From positions 1,320,001-1,352,000 of the forward strand of contig OZ257143.1 in NCBI GenBank assembly GCA_965279305.1: 32,000 nucleotides of DNA, read 5' to 3'. Origin of the DNA: Gammaproteobacteria bacterium (GTDB lineage: Bacteria; Pseudomonadota; Gammaproteobacteria; JBIOEC01). Shown in pieces: positions 1 to 8,912 of the stretch. The translations under genes and the position numbers were made by a program. Position 1 is the first letter of the stretch, and each line of letters starts with the position of its first letter. The notes under the pieces are model-generated. The model saw only the letters and a program-made list of their open reading frames with translations. It was not told the DNA's origin and searched no databases.

Positions 1-20
1 TCGAAGAGTTTTCTCTCTGC

Positions 21-713
21 ATGAGTCAAAAAGCTATAAAAATCGCAGATAGGGCACTTGCGTTTTTTTATTATTATGCTATGAAAAATGATAGTGGCGC
101 GACGCTAAAACAAATCATCTCTGATTTTGAAAAATGCGGTTTTGGAAAGCCCAATATTACGAATTTACGAAAAGCAATAAAAAAAGATCGTCGCCTTGCC
201 AAGGTTCCAAAAGATGAAGATAGCTGGCGCTTAAAAAGCGACAAGATTTTAGAGGTTGAAACAAAATTCCAGCTCGATAAATGTTTGAAAATAAATAAAA
301 CTTCCTCTCTAATTTTAAATGGGGAGTTTATAAACATTGCTCGTCTTGAGCAAATTAAAAATATAAAGGGATCTTTTGATTTTTCGAGACTTACTCAAAT
401 GCTTTCAGAATTAAACCATGCTTTTTTAGTTGGAAATTACATCTCTGTGAGTCTATTAACTCGAGCGGTTATAGACCACATTCCACCCATATTTTCTTTC
501 AAAACATTTGCCCAAGTAGCAAGCAATCATGGGACAAAAAGTTTTAAAGATTCGATGGATCATTTAGAAAAATCGTGTCGAAAAATAGCAGATCTTCATC
601 TCCACACACCAATTAGGAAAAATGAATCGCTACCAAATAAAACACAAGTCGATTTTTCCAGCAATCTTGATGTTTTATTAGGTGAAATTGTAAGGATTAC
701 CACGCTTCCATAA
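21..713 (+). CDS. hypothetical protein (230 aa)
   Basis: It is the only long ORF in this stretch and I recognise no motif. It ends 47 nt before the convergent LuxR-type gene. Confidence 0.45.
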   Translation: MSQKAIKIADRALAFFYYYAMKNDSGATLKQIISDFEKCGFGKPNITNLRKAIKKDRRLAKVPKDEDSWRLKSDKILEVETKFQLDKCLKINKTSSLILNGEFINIARLEQIKNIKGSFDFSRLTQMLSELNHAFLVGNYISVSLLTRAVIDHIPPIFSFKTFAQVASNHGTKSFKDSMDHLEKSCRKIADLHLHTPIRKNESLPNKTQVDFSSNLDVLLGEIVRITTLP

Positions 714-760
714 AGTTTTTTGCAACGTATCTGGAAAAACTAGAATACCAATCTCAAATA

Positions 761-1132
761 TCAAGGCCTTGAAACCTGCTTCAAAAATGCTTGCCCAACA
801 GGCTTATAACACATGGTAATAAAAACAGCATGAGTGAGTGACTTACACTTTAACTTGGTTTTAATACGCTGCCGATATGTTACAACCGTAGATTTCTCAA
901 TTCTCATCAAATCTGCTGTTTGTTTTACAGTATTACCTTGGGAAATCCAAAAGAGACAAGTGCGCTCTCTGTCTGAAAGGCTTTCAATCTGTTTTGAATG
1001 AGGATTAGCAATTGCATAAGATAATAACTCACTAATCAAGCAATGTTGCCTAGGGCTAGGAGATGAATTTCCACACGCGAATAAAATATCATTTACTAAT
1101 TTACTTGGAGCCCATAGTTCATATTTATTCAT
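761..1132 (-). CDS. LuxR/GerE-family HTH transcriptional regulator (123 aa, no receiver domain)
   Basis: The C-terminal 'LSDRERTCLFWISQGNTVKQTADLMRIEKSTVVTYRQRIKTKL' fits the LuxR C-terminal HTH pattern (L-[ST]-x-R-E, then the HTH, then I-x-x-K-L). It starts 32 nt downstream of ORF 1165-1428 on the same strand, so the two are a likely bicistron. Confidence 0.7.
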   Translation of the reverse strand: MNKYELWAPSKLVNDILFACGNSSPSPRQHCLISELLSYAIANPHSKQIESLSDRERTCLFWISQGNTVKQTADLMRIEKSTVVTYRQRIKTKLKCKSLTHAVFITMCYKPVGQAFLKQVSRP

Positions 1133-1164
1133 AGAATCGCCTTATTTATTAAGTTTTTAGGAAG

Positions 1165-1428
1165 CTATTTCGTCATGTCGCAACATATGACATAGCAATA
1201 TAGACACAAGACATGTGAAAATAATTTAGAACTTGGTCTATCACTCCAACCATTGAACCATCGTCTAACCGTGCTCCTAGGAATACCAAATTGATGTGCG
1301 ATCACAGAGCTGGTATATCCAGTTTGTTTAAGTGTATCTATCATGCTTTGCCAATTATCATTAGGCACGTAAATAGGCACAGGCTGAGGGTTTTTATAAT
1401 TTTTAGTTTCGCTACTAACTGTGGACAT
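1165..1428 (-). CDS. small HTH-domain protein (87 aa)
   Basis: 'GYTSSVIAHQFGIPRSTVRRWFNGW' resembles resolvase/IS-type or Hin-like HTH segments. The Cys-rich tail 'LCLYCYVICCDMTK' looks unnatural, so the true 3' end and function are uncertain. Confidence 0.4.
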   Translation of the reverse strand: MSTVSSETKNYKNPQPVPIYVPNDNWQSMIDTLKQTGYTSSVIAHQFGIPRSTVRRWFNGWSDRPSSKLFSHVLCLYCYVICCDMTK

Positions 1429-1451
1429 GTACTAGCTCCTACTTTTTCCGG

Positions 1452-1473
1452 TTGTCATTTTTAAAAATGACAA
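1452..1473. promoter_or_regulatory. 22-bp perfect palindrome TTGTCATTTTT|AAAAATGACAA, candidate operator
   Basis: The palindrome is read directly from the sequence. It lies 24 nt upstream of the start of the minus-strand HTH ORF (1428), in the divergent intergenic region 1429-1648. Confidence 0.4.
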
Positions 1474-1648
1474 ATAACTGTATTAGCACTACAAAAATGT
1501 GCTTTTTAGAAGAAAATACTACTATTCTTCTATTCCCGACCTATGGAAAGGTTGGTATAATTCAACACTAAAAGCGGTTACTGAGGTACACTCATTTTCA
1601 GTGATTAAAATTCACACTCAAAATCAATTTTAAGTTATAAAACTTTAT

Positions 1649-2965
1649 ATGAAAGAAATGAATGTTAAAGAAATTATTTGGCAAGATGTAAGAGAAGAGG
1701 TGAAAGCCGTTAATGCATCTCTCTATGAGATTATTGAAAAAGCTAACCCTTCTGCTGAATACAAATTGTTTAAAGTAAAATATAAATTTGGTGATTTAAT
1801 TACTGAAAATGGTTTGTTAAATTTGCCCGATATTAAAGGCTCCTTATTTCCCATTACGTCGTCATCTATTCCGACTGAAATTAAAGATAAAATTTCTTAT
1901 CGCTCTATACCCTTATTTTTAGTTCTCAAAAACAGTTGCGAAGTTTTTGTAGATATGGATACTCGTACTGTGCCGCTGAATGTTTTTAATCCTGGTAGTT
2001 TATTAGGTTTATTTGAAACTCATGACTATTTAACTGATCGATCTTCCGATCCTATATGGACGGTGTCAGCAGGTGGTAGGAGTATTTTTATGTTACCTAG
2101 TCTGGCGGCTAATCAGGGAATTAATCGCTTACGCCGTTATTATGATTTTCCTATTAAGAAAATACCTACACATTTAAAAGATCATTGGGAATTTTTTAAA
2201 GCTATCGTTAATTCTCCTAAATTTGAACAGAAATGGGAATGTGAAATTTTGATATTCTCAGAGATATGGCTAGACACTTCAAATCCAAATCTATTTGACT
2301 TTGAGCGATACTTATTTGGACATTCTTGGCGGCAATCTCAGTATGCAATGGAGAAGGTAAAATTTAGTTTCACTTGGCAGATATTTATGGGAGCTATTTA
2401 TAAACGACATCTACACTTGCGTCCCTATTTAACAGATACCGTTAAACATCTTTTCCTAATTGCCTCAAAAGAATGGACGGGGTTTTGTCCTTCTGATGAT
2501 TCACAAAGAATCGCACCAACAGCAGGATTGCAGGATGCCATTGCTAATGTATACCAATTAAAAAATCATTTTCCGACAATAATGCACCCAACTCCATTGG
2601 CTGACGTAGATTCTCTTTTCCCCGTTTATTATTCTCTTTCATATCCTACCTTGCTAGAAGGTGAACCGGAGGTTGGAATGCTTAACCGAATTATGCCTGA
2701 TTTAAGAGAGATTAAAATGGCTATAGATACTTTATATGACAGAATGACACCTGATCAAAAAGAAAAGCTAAGTGTGCTTCAGAAATTAGACTTTACTTAC
2801 TTCCATACAGATGATGATATATACCACGAAGTACATAAAAGTAATTTAATTGTTGAAGAAGATCCACGATTTCTATTATTAAAAAAAGAATTTAAAGATA
2901 GGTCTTTTTGTAACACCAGTCTTTTCTGGCGAGGATGTGTGAAAATTGCCAAGAGAAAAGATTAG
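1649..2965 (+). CDS. hypothetical protein (438 aa)
   Basis: This is a long uninterrupted ORF with no recognisable motif. Its stop TAG (2963-2965) overlaps the stop of the convergent gene 2962-4437. Confidence 0.55.
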   Translation: MKEMNVKEIIWQDVREEVKAVNASLYEIIEKANPSAEYKLFKVKYKFGDLITENGLLNLPDIKGSLFPITSSSIPTEIKDKISYRSIPLFLVLKNSCEVFVDMDTRTVPLNVFNPGSLLGLFETHDYLTDRSSDPIWTVSAGGRSIFMLPSLAANQGINRLRRYYDFPIKKIPTHLKDHWEFFKAIVNSPKFEQKWECEILIFSEIWLDTSNPNLFDFERYLFGHSWRQSQYAMEKVKFSFTWQIFMGAIYKRHLHLRPYLTDTVKHLFLIASKEWTGFCPSDDSQRIAPTAGLQDAIANVYQLKNHFPTIMHPTPLADVDSLFPVYYSLSYPTLLEGEPEVGMLNRIMPDLREIKMAIDTLYDRMTPDQKEKLSVLQKLDFTYFHTDDDIYHEVHKSNLIVEEDPRFLLLKKEFKDRSFCNTSLFWRGCVKIAKRKD

Positions 2966-4437
2966 TTTATAGCTTTTGTAAGGGTTGTTGAGATGGGAGG
3001 AGGGCACATAGCCTTTGAGATCATTGCATCGGTATCATAAGCGCCTTTGCTATTATCTATTACCCATTGCACATTTCCTAAAATTTTATCAATGGCATCA
3101 CGTGGTAAATTATTCTCTTTTATAGTGGTTTCTAGCCATACTTTTACCACATAACGTTGTAGTTCTGGATCGAGCATCACATTAGTTGCGCCCAGTTCTC
3201 GGTTTCCTAATAAATTGAATGCTTGCATAATACCAGCAAATAACAAGCCTTGTGTTAATGCAATGCGTGGTGCAGGCACATTAAAAGGTTGGGTAGCAGA
3301 ATTAGAAAAATTAACAGGAAATCCACCATACAGAATCTCTAATGTACTCCCACTTTTTGTGGAGCACTGAAAATTAGACAAAGGATCTACTTTTATAGGT
3401 GTATCATAGCTAGCAACTTGTTGTAATAGATGTTTAAATTCTTTATCTTCCGAAGAAACACTAGCAAGAATTCTATTATCACCAGTCAAAGTCAACGGAT
3501 CAAAGCTATCAGTGGTATCACGTCCGGTGCATCCAATAATAAAATTGGTGTGCAAAAATAACTCTTCAATACTAGACATTACTTCTACTTGACTTATATT
3601 AGGGTAATGTTGATATATACGCGAATCATTATCATAAATAGCTACAGAAAATCCGTCTTTGATAAGTTTATTGGTAAGTGCTTGTCCAATCGAACCAAAA
3701 CCAATGATGCCTACCATAGATCTTTGTTTATCAAGATTCATAGTAATAGCAGAAATTTGTTCAACACTGGCATCGGCAATAAAAGAAGGCTCGACATGAA
3801 GTTTAGCTGCACTCTGAGCTACATTGATAATAGGGAACCGAGTTGTCTCAACAGTTCTGCTATAAAAACCAGCACGAGTTTGCTCTGCACCTACTATTTT
3901 ATATGTTTTTCTGAAGTGTAATGGAAGCATTTCAAAAAAACGTCCGCCATCATCACAGATAACTATATTCTTAATCTTTGGGTTCCTTTCTATACCCTGA
4001 TAGATTACCCCTATATCTCTTTTAGCAGCCATCTCATACCCACCCAATCTATCAGGCTTGCTACCAGGCCATACATGCACTCCTAAGCCTTTCATGGCTT
4101 CATAAACGCCTGGAGACGTGGAATAGCATTTGCCTGTAACATAGGCTTCAAAGCCAAGGCCTCTAAGCGCACCAAATAGTGTGGAGGTGGTTTCAAGAAG
4201 ATGCTGAGCTCCAATGACAGCAGTCTCTTCTGGTTTCAGAGGGCTGTTAGATAAGAAAACTCTGGCTCGTTGCTCCAATTCATCTATAACAGGTAGACGA
4301 GGAACAGGGTGGGGCGCAACGGCCTTTATTCCCGTAGATAAAGCTCTAGTACTTCGGCGTAGTAATGGGGTGGCTAGTTTTAAAACTGGCATATTAATAA
4401 CCCTAATCGGATAAGTTTTACTATGGCATAAAGGCAA
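2962..4437 (-). CDS. divergent S-adenosylhomocysteine-hydrolase-fold NAD-binding protein (491 aa)
   Basis: The motif order matches my memory of the AhcY family. 'IVICDDGG' corresponds to DDGGD, 'GAEQTRAG' to EETTTG, 'INVAQSAAK' to NVNDSVTK, and the Rossmann 'GIIGFGSIGQA...VAIYDND' to GYGDVGKG...E.DP. Overall it is very divergent. An alternative start is Met16 (nt 4392). Confidence 0.55.
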   Translation of the reverse strand: MPLCHSKTYPIRVINMPVLKLATPLLRRSTRALSTGIKAVAPHPVPRLPVIDELEQRARVFLSNSPLKPEETAVIGAQHLLETTSTLFGALRGLGFEAYVTGKCYSTSPGVYEAMKGLGVHVWPGSKPDRLGGYEMAAKRDIGVIYQGIERNPKIKNIVICDDGGRFFEMLPLHFRKTYKIVGAEQTRAGFYSRTVETTRFPIINVAQSAAKLHVEPSFIADASVEQISAITMNLDKQRSMVGIIGFGSIGQALTNKLIKDGFSVAIYDNDSRIYQHYPNISQVEVMSSIEELFLHTNFIIGCTGRDTTDSFDPLTLTGDNRILASVSSEDKEFKHLLQQVASYDTPIKVDPLSNFQCSTKSGSTLEILYGGFPVNFSNSATQPFNVPAPRIALTQGLLFAGIMQAFNLLGNRELGATNVMLDPELQRYVVKVWLETTIKENNLPRDAIDKILGNVQWVIDNSKGAYDTDAMISKAMCPPPISTTLTKAIN

Positions 4438-4792
4438 ATAAACCCTATGCCAATCAGTAAAACTACTAAAATGTTGGATTTGTCCACAGTAAAGCGGACA
4501 ACTACGGATGATAGGGTATCATATTTATCTATGGTAGGCTACTGTCTAACTAAAATCGCAAGATGAGATATTTGCATATCTTCAGAGGGCTTCTAGCCTG
4601 TACCCATATCTCAGTCATAAGCTCTCATCAATATGGCTCAGTGGAACGCAAAGAGGGGCGAATAGGGGGATTTAAAGCACCTTTCTAGGCCAATCTAAGG
4701 ATTCATTTAGCATATAAAATTTGTTATAATAATGACTAATATTAAAGAGGAATAGCTTTAAGATAAAACTGATTATAAAATCAGTTTATCTA

Positions 4793-7700
4793 ATGCTAAG
4801 CAAAGTTATCATGGCTACAACAGACCCAATCAATCTATCGGATTGGTATAATTCCTCAATGAACCATAAGCTCATGATCGACAAAATTCTCAATACGTTC
4901 TCACACAGAAATAAATCAAATTCTGACGATTCCTATCGTCTTTCGTTAAAAGAAATGTTTGAGTGCCAGGTTAGCCTTACGCCCGAAAAGATTGCTATGC
5001 GCATGGATAAAGCAGCTCTTTCCTATAGCGAATTGAACGAAAAGGCCAACCAGCTTGCTAATAAGCTTTTAACTCAAGGCATAAAATCGGGTAGTGTTGT
5101 TGGGATATTGGTCGAACCCTCTATTGAAATGCTAGTAGCAATACTCGGAATCATTAAATCAGGTGCAGCCTATCTTCCCATAAACCCTGAGTATCCTAAA
5201 GACAGAATAGAGTTCATGCTAGATGACGCAAAAGCTTCTGTTTTACTTACCAAAGGTACTAATCATACATCCTTAGAATTTGATGGGATATCCCTGAGTC
5301 TATATGATCAAACAACCTATTCAGATAATACTAGCAACCCAAGCAATACAATTAATGAATCCGATCTCGCCTGTTTGTTTTATACGTCAGGTACTACAGG
5401 CCAACCCAAAGGGGTAATGGTTGAGCATCAAGGAATAGCTCTATTAGTAAAGGATATGGATTTCATTAGATTTTCTAAGGATGATAAAATCGCACAAGTT
5501 TCTAATTTAGCATTTGATGGAGCAACTTTTGAAATTTGGGGTGGTTTGCTCAATGGTTTAGAAGTAGTAATTATAGATAAAAATAATTTACTATCTCCCC
5601 AAAAACTACTTGATAAAGTGATTGAAAATCATATAACTATCATGTTCTTCACGCCAGCTCTTTTTAACATTTTAGTTAATGAATGTATTGAGATATACTC
5701 TTTTCTTAAAACTGTAGTTATTGGTGGGGATGTTGCTGACCAACAAAAAATATTACAAGTTCTTGGTTTTTCAAAAAACATACAAATAGTAAATGGATAT
5801 GGCCCCACAGAGACAGTCACTTTTAGCATATCTTGTGATTTGAGTATTGATCTTATCAAAAAATCAAACTGTGTTCCTATTGGGAAACCGCTTCTTCATA
5901 CAGAAATATATATATTAGATGAGAATATGCAGCCCGTTCCCATAGGTGAGAAAGGGGAAATATATATTGGGGGCAGAAAAATATCAAAAGGTTATTTGAA
6001 CAATGAGAAGCTTACTGCAGAAAAATTTATAGATAATCCTTTTTTAGAGCATAATAAATATGCTATTGGGAAAAAACTATATAAAACAGGAGACTTGGGA
6101 CGATGGTTATCGGATGGCAATATAGAATTTTGTGGCAGAAAAGATAACCAAGTTAAGATTAGAGGCTTTAGAATTGAGACAGAAGAGATAAAAAGAGCCA
6201 TTTTAGAATTTAATGGGATACATGATTGCGTGATTGTACCTAAAAAAGACATTAAGACCAACAGCACACGTCTTGCAGCCTATATTACTGTAGATAACAA
6301 AAATGACATAAACAAGATTAAAAAATTACGCACATACTTATCTCTTCATTTGCCAGATTATATGGTTCCATCAACCTTTACCATATTAGACAAGATCCCT
6401 CTTAATCATAACCTTAAAGTCAATATTTCTGAACTACCCGAACCTGAATTTACAAATAACACGGAAGAATATATCCCGCCAAGAAATGAATTAGAAACAA
6501 ATTTATGCGAAATTTGGAAAAAGATCTTTGAAAAAGAACGGATCAGTATCAATGATGATTTTTTCCATTTAGGAGGAGACTCCTTGATGGTAATGCAAAT
6601 GATTAGTATGGCCTCAGCCTATGACATTGACCTGGATATAGCTACGGTTATGGAACATAGAACAATTGCATCAATGGTCGAACATATAAAGAAAGACTCC
6701 TTACATAATAATGAAATTAGAACAGTAGATTTATCATCGCTTTCCCCCATAGAAAATTGGTTTTTTAGTCAAAAATTTTCAAACCCCAATATGTTTAATC
6801 AAACAGTAAGCCTAAATACAAAAATATCGCTAAAGAAAGACCTCATTAATAAGACTTTTTACTATCTAATACAAGCTCATCAGGCATTATCATTTAGATA
6901 TCAATGTGCCAATGGAACATATGAAAGAAGGCTCTCTGAGGCTAATCATGAAAATTTTGACTACTGTTTACTTGTCGATTTAACAAGTAAAAGCAGTGAA
7001 GAAATTGAAAAACTTAAAAATGAATTCTCTTTAAAAGTTCAAGAAAATATTGATATAGAAAAGGGTACTTTAATTCAGGCTATCCTATTTGTGGATAACT
7101 ATAAGAACTCTCAAGAGCTATTTATTGCAATCCATCACTTAGTGGTTGATGCTATGTCATGGCGAATTTTTCTTGAGGATTTTGAAAATATATATTTACA
7201 AGTAAGTAATAACTTATCACATATATCATTACCTAAGAGTACGCTGCCTTATTCTTCATGGGTAAGCCATCTATCTGGAAAGGAGAACCTATCTTCCATC
7301 GATTTTTGGAAGACTCAACTTCCATCTGCGTACAATTCTATACCCAAAGATTTTGATAGGGGAGCTAACAATGAAAGCTCTTCCAGAAATATTGGCTTTG
7401 AAATTGATGAAAAAACCACAAGAAAATTGCTGACCACCGCTGTCAAATACTATGCTGTCCCCATTACCGAAATACTTCTATTAGCACTATCAGAATCATT
7501 CAATTCATTTATCAAAAAAAATGAATTATCTATTGATCTAGAGCTACATGGAAGAAGTGGGTTTTCAAGAGAGATAAACTTAAGCCGAACATTGGGATGG
7601 TTTACTACTATCTTCCCATTTAAAATTAACACCAATAATCTTAAATCATATGAAGAAAAATTACAAAAAATACATATAGATCTAGGTAAATGTAACCCCA

Positions 7701-8074
7701 CTGAGTACGGGGTCATTAAATATATGTCTAATGGTAAAACATCACCTGATTTTGAAATTGAACCAGAGGTAAGCTTTAACTATTTAGGGCAATGGAAAAC
7801 TACCTGTCTTCAAAACTCATTCCTTTCGTTTAAAGAAAATGGCTTGAATCTACATTCATCCCCACATAACAAAAGACCTCATCTTATTGATATTGCCGCT
7901 CAAGTTATAAACGAAAAAATGAAGATTTCTTTTAATTACAGCACAAATCATCATAAGCATGACACTATTAAAAACTTAACTAGCCATTTTGAAAAGGCAA
8001 TATATAAGATTCTATCTGAATGCAAAGAAGACGCATATATTCATTCAGATGCAATTTATGAGATTTCATTATGA
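4793..8074 (+). CDS. single-module nonribosomal peptide synthetase, A-T-E (adenylation, carrier, epimerization), GrsA/TycA-like, 1093 aa
   Basis: Adenylation cores are 'LFYTSGTTGQPKG' (A3), 'FDGATFE' (A4), 'NGYGPTE' (A5), 'YKTGDLGRW' (A7) and 'GRKDNQVKIRGFRIE' (A8). The carrier motif is 'FFHLGGDSLMVMQM' (Ser597, nt 6581-6583). Epimerization cores are 'PIENWF' (E1), 'HHLVVDAMSWRIF' (E2, nt 7133 onward), 'ELHGRSG' (E4), 'RTLGWFTTIFPF' (E5) and 'FNYLGQW' (E7). Confidence 0.9.
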   Translation: MLSKVIMATTDPINLSDWYNSSMNHKLMIDKILNTFSHRNKSNSDDSYRLSLKEMFECQVSLTPEKIAMRMDKAALSYSELNEKANQLANKLLTQGIKSGSVVGILVEPSIEMLVAILGIIKSGAAYLPINPEYPKDRIEFMLDDAKASVLLTKGTNHTSLEFDGISLSLYDQTTYSDNTSNPSNTINESDLACLFYTSGTTGQPKGVMVEHQGIALLVKDMDFIRFSKDDKIAQVSNLAFDGATFEIWGGLLNGLEVVIIDKNNLLSPQKLLDKVIENHITIMFFTPALFNILVNECIEIYSFLKTVVIGGDVADQQKILQVLGFSKNIQIVNGYGPTETVTFSISCDLSIDLIKKSNCVPIGKPLLHTEIYILDENMQPVPIGEKGEIYIGGRKISKGYLNNEKLTAEKFIDNPFLEHNKYAIGKKLYKTGDLGRWLSDGNIEFCGRKDNQVKIRGFRIETEEIKRAILEFNGIHDCVIVPKKDIKTNSTRLAAYITVDNKNDINKIKKLRTYLSLHLPDYMVPSTFTILDKIPLNHNLKVNISELPEPEFTNNTEEYIPPRNELETNLCEIWKKIFEKERISINDDFFHLGGDSLMVMQMISMASAYDIDLDIATVMEHRTIASMVEHIKKDSLHNNEIRTVDLSSLSPIENWFFSQKFSNPNMFNQTVSLNTKISLKKDLINKTFYYLIQAHQALSFRYQCANGTYERRLSEANHENFDYCLLVDLTSKSSEEIEKLKNEFSLKVQENIDIEKGTLIQAILFVDNYKNSQELFIAIHHLVVDAMSWRIFLEDFENIYLQVSNNLSHISLPKSTLPYSSWVSHLSGKENLSSIDFWKTQLPSAYNSIPKDFDRGANNESSSRNIGFEIDEKTTRKLLTTAVKYYAVPITEILLLALSESFNSFIKKNELSIDLELHGRSGFSREINLSRTLGWFTTIFPFKINTNNLKSYEEKLQKIHIDLGKCNPTEYGVIKYMSNGKTSPDFEIEPEVSFNYLGQWKTTCLQNSFLSFKENGLNLHSSPHNKRPHLIDIAAQVINEKMKISFNYSTNHHKHDTIKNLTSHFEKAIYKILSECKEDAYIHSDAIYEISL

Positions 8075-8805
8075 AATACGAGTCTTTTGATAAAATCAAT
8101 AACCCCATCATCCCTATAAGAAAAAGAGGCAATGAAAGTAAAATTTTTTTCGTGCATGCCTTAAGTGGTGTAGGTTTTGAATACTATTCGCTATCTCCCT
8201 ATTTAGACAAATATGATTTATATGCCATAAATGATCCTACAACAGCTTCAGGAGCAGCCAATTTTAATAGTATTGAGGAAATGGCTTCTGTGTATGTAAG
8301 TTTTTTAAAAACCATACAAAAAGAGGGTGCTTATATATTGGGAGGTTGGTCTTTTGGTGGGCTTGTTGCTTATGAGATGGCATTACAGCTGAGTAAGCAA
8401 AATGAAGAAACTAAAGTTATTTTTATAGATACCCCATGCTTACAAAAACACCCTTCGAGTTTAAATCCAAATAGAGTCAAAGAGTATATAATCCAAAAAG
8501 GAATAAAAGAAGATTCTCAAAGTTTTAAGAAACTTTTTCAAAGAATAATGCATAACATGAAACTAGCTAAAGAATATACTCCAATTCATAATCCTAACAT
8601 TTCAGTTTTTCTGTTAAAAGCATTAGAGCAATTTCCTGATGAAGGATATACATTTACTGATGACCCCACAAATGGATGGTCATCTGATTTTTTACAGGAA
8701 AACCATATATTACCTATCCAAGGAAATCATTTGTCATTATTTGATCCAGACAATGTGCAGGATTGTGCTGAAAAATTGCACTTCGTTTTAAATGGCCTAA
8801 AATAA
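8071..8805 (+). CDS. discrete thioesterase (alpha/beta hydrolase, 244 aa)
   Basis: It has the 'GGWSFGG' nucleophile elbow (GxSxG) and a C-terminal 'QGNHLSLF' candidate catalytic His. Its ATG overlaps the NRPS stop (ATGA at 8071-8074), indicating translational coupling. Confidence 0.85.
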   Translation: MKYESFDKINNPIIPIRKRGNESKIFFVHALSGVGFEYYSLSPYLDKYDLYAINDPTTASGAANFNSIEEMASVYVSFLKTIQKEGAYILGGWSFGGLVAYEMALQLSKQNEETKVIFIDTPCLQKHPSSLNPNRVKEYIIQKGIKEDSQSFKKLFQRIMHNMKLAKEYTPIHNPNISVFLLKALEQFPDEGYTFTDDPTNGWSSDFLQENHILPIQGNHLSLFDPDNVQDCAEKLHFVLNGLK

Positions 8806-8912
8806 AATTATTTGTTAGTTACGTCAGTAACCCGCTTTCTACAACTTTGCATAGAATCCAGTAATAAACTACTCTTTAAGAGAATATATGTTTTTTTAAA
8901 AGAGAGTATAAA

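Noticed and set aside
1165-1428. The small HTH ORF as a transposase or IS remnant marking a mobile element
   Set aside because: Only a generic HTH is visible. No DDE or recombinase catalytic region, inverted repeats or flanking duplications were seen.
6581-8074. The third NRPS domain, first read as a condensation domain because of 'HHLVVDAMS'
   Set aside because: The surrounding cores (PIENWF, ELHGRSG, RTLGWFTTIFPF, FNYLGQW) are the epimerization-domain set, and the size and order match GrsA/TycA. The domain is therefore called E, not C.
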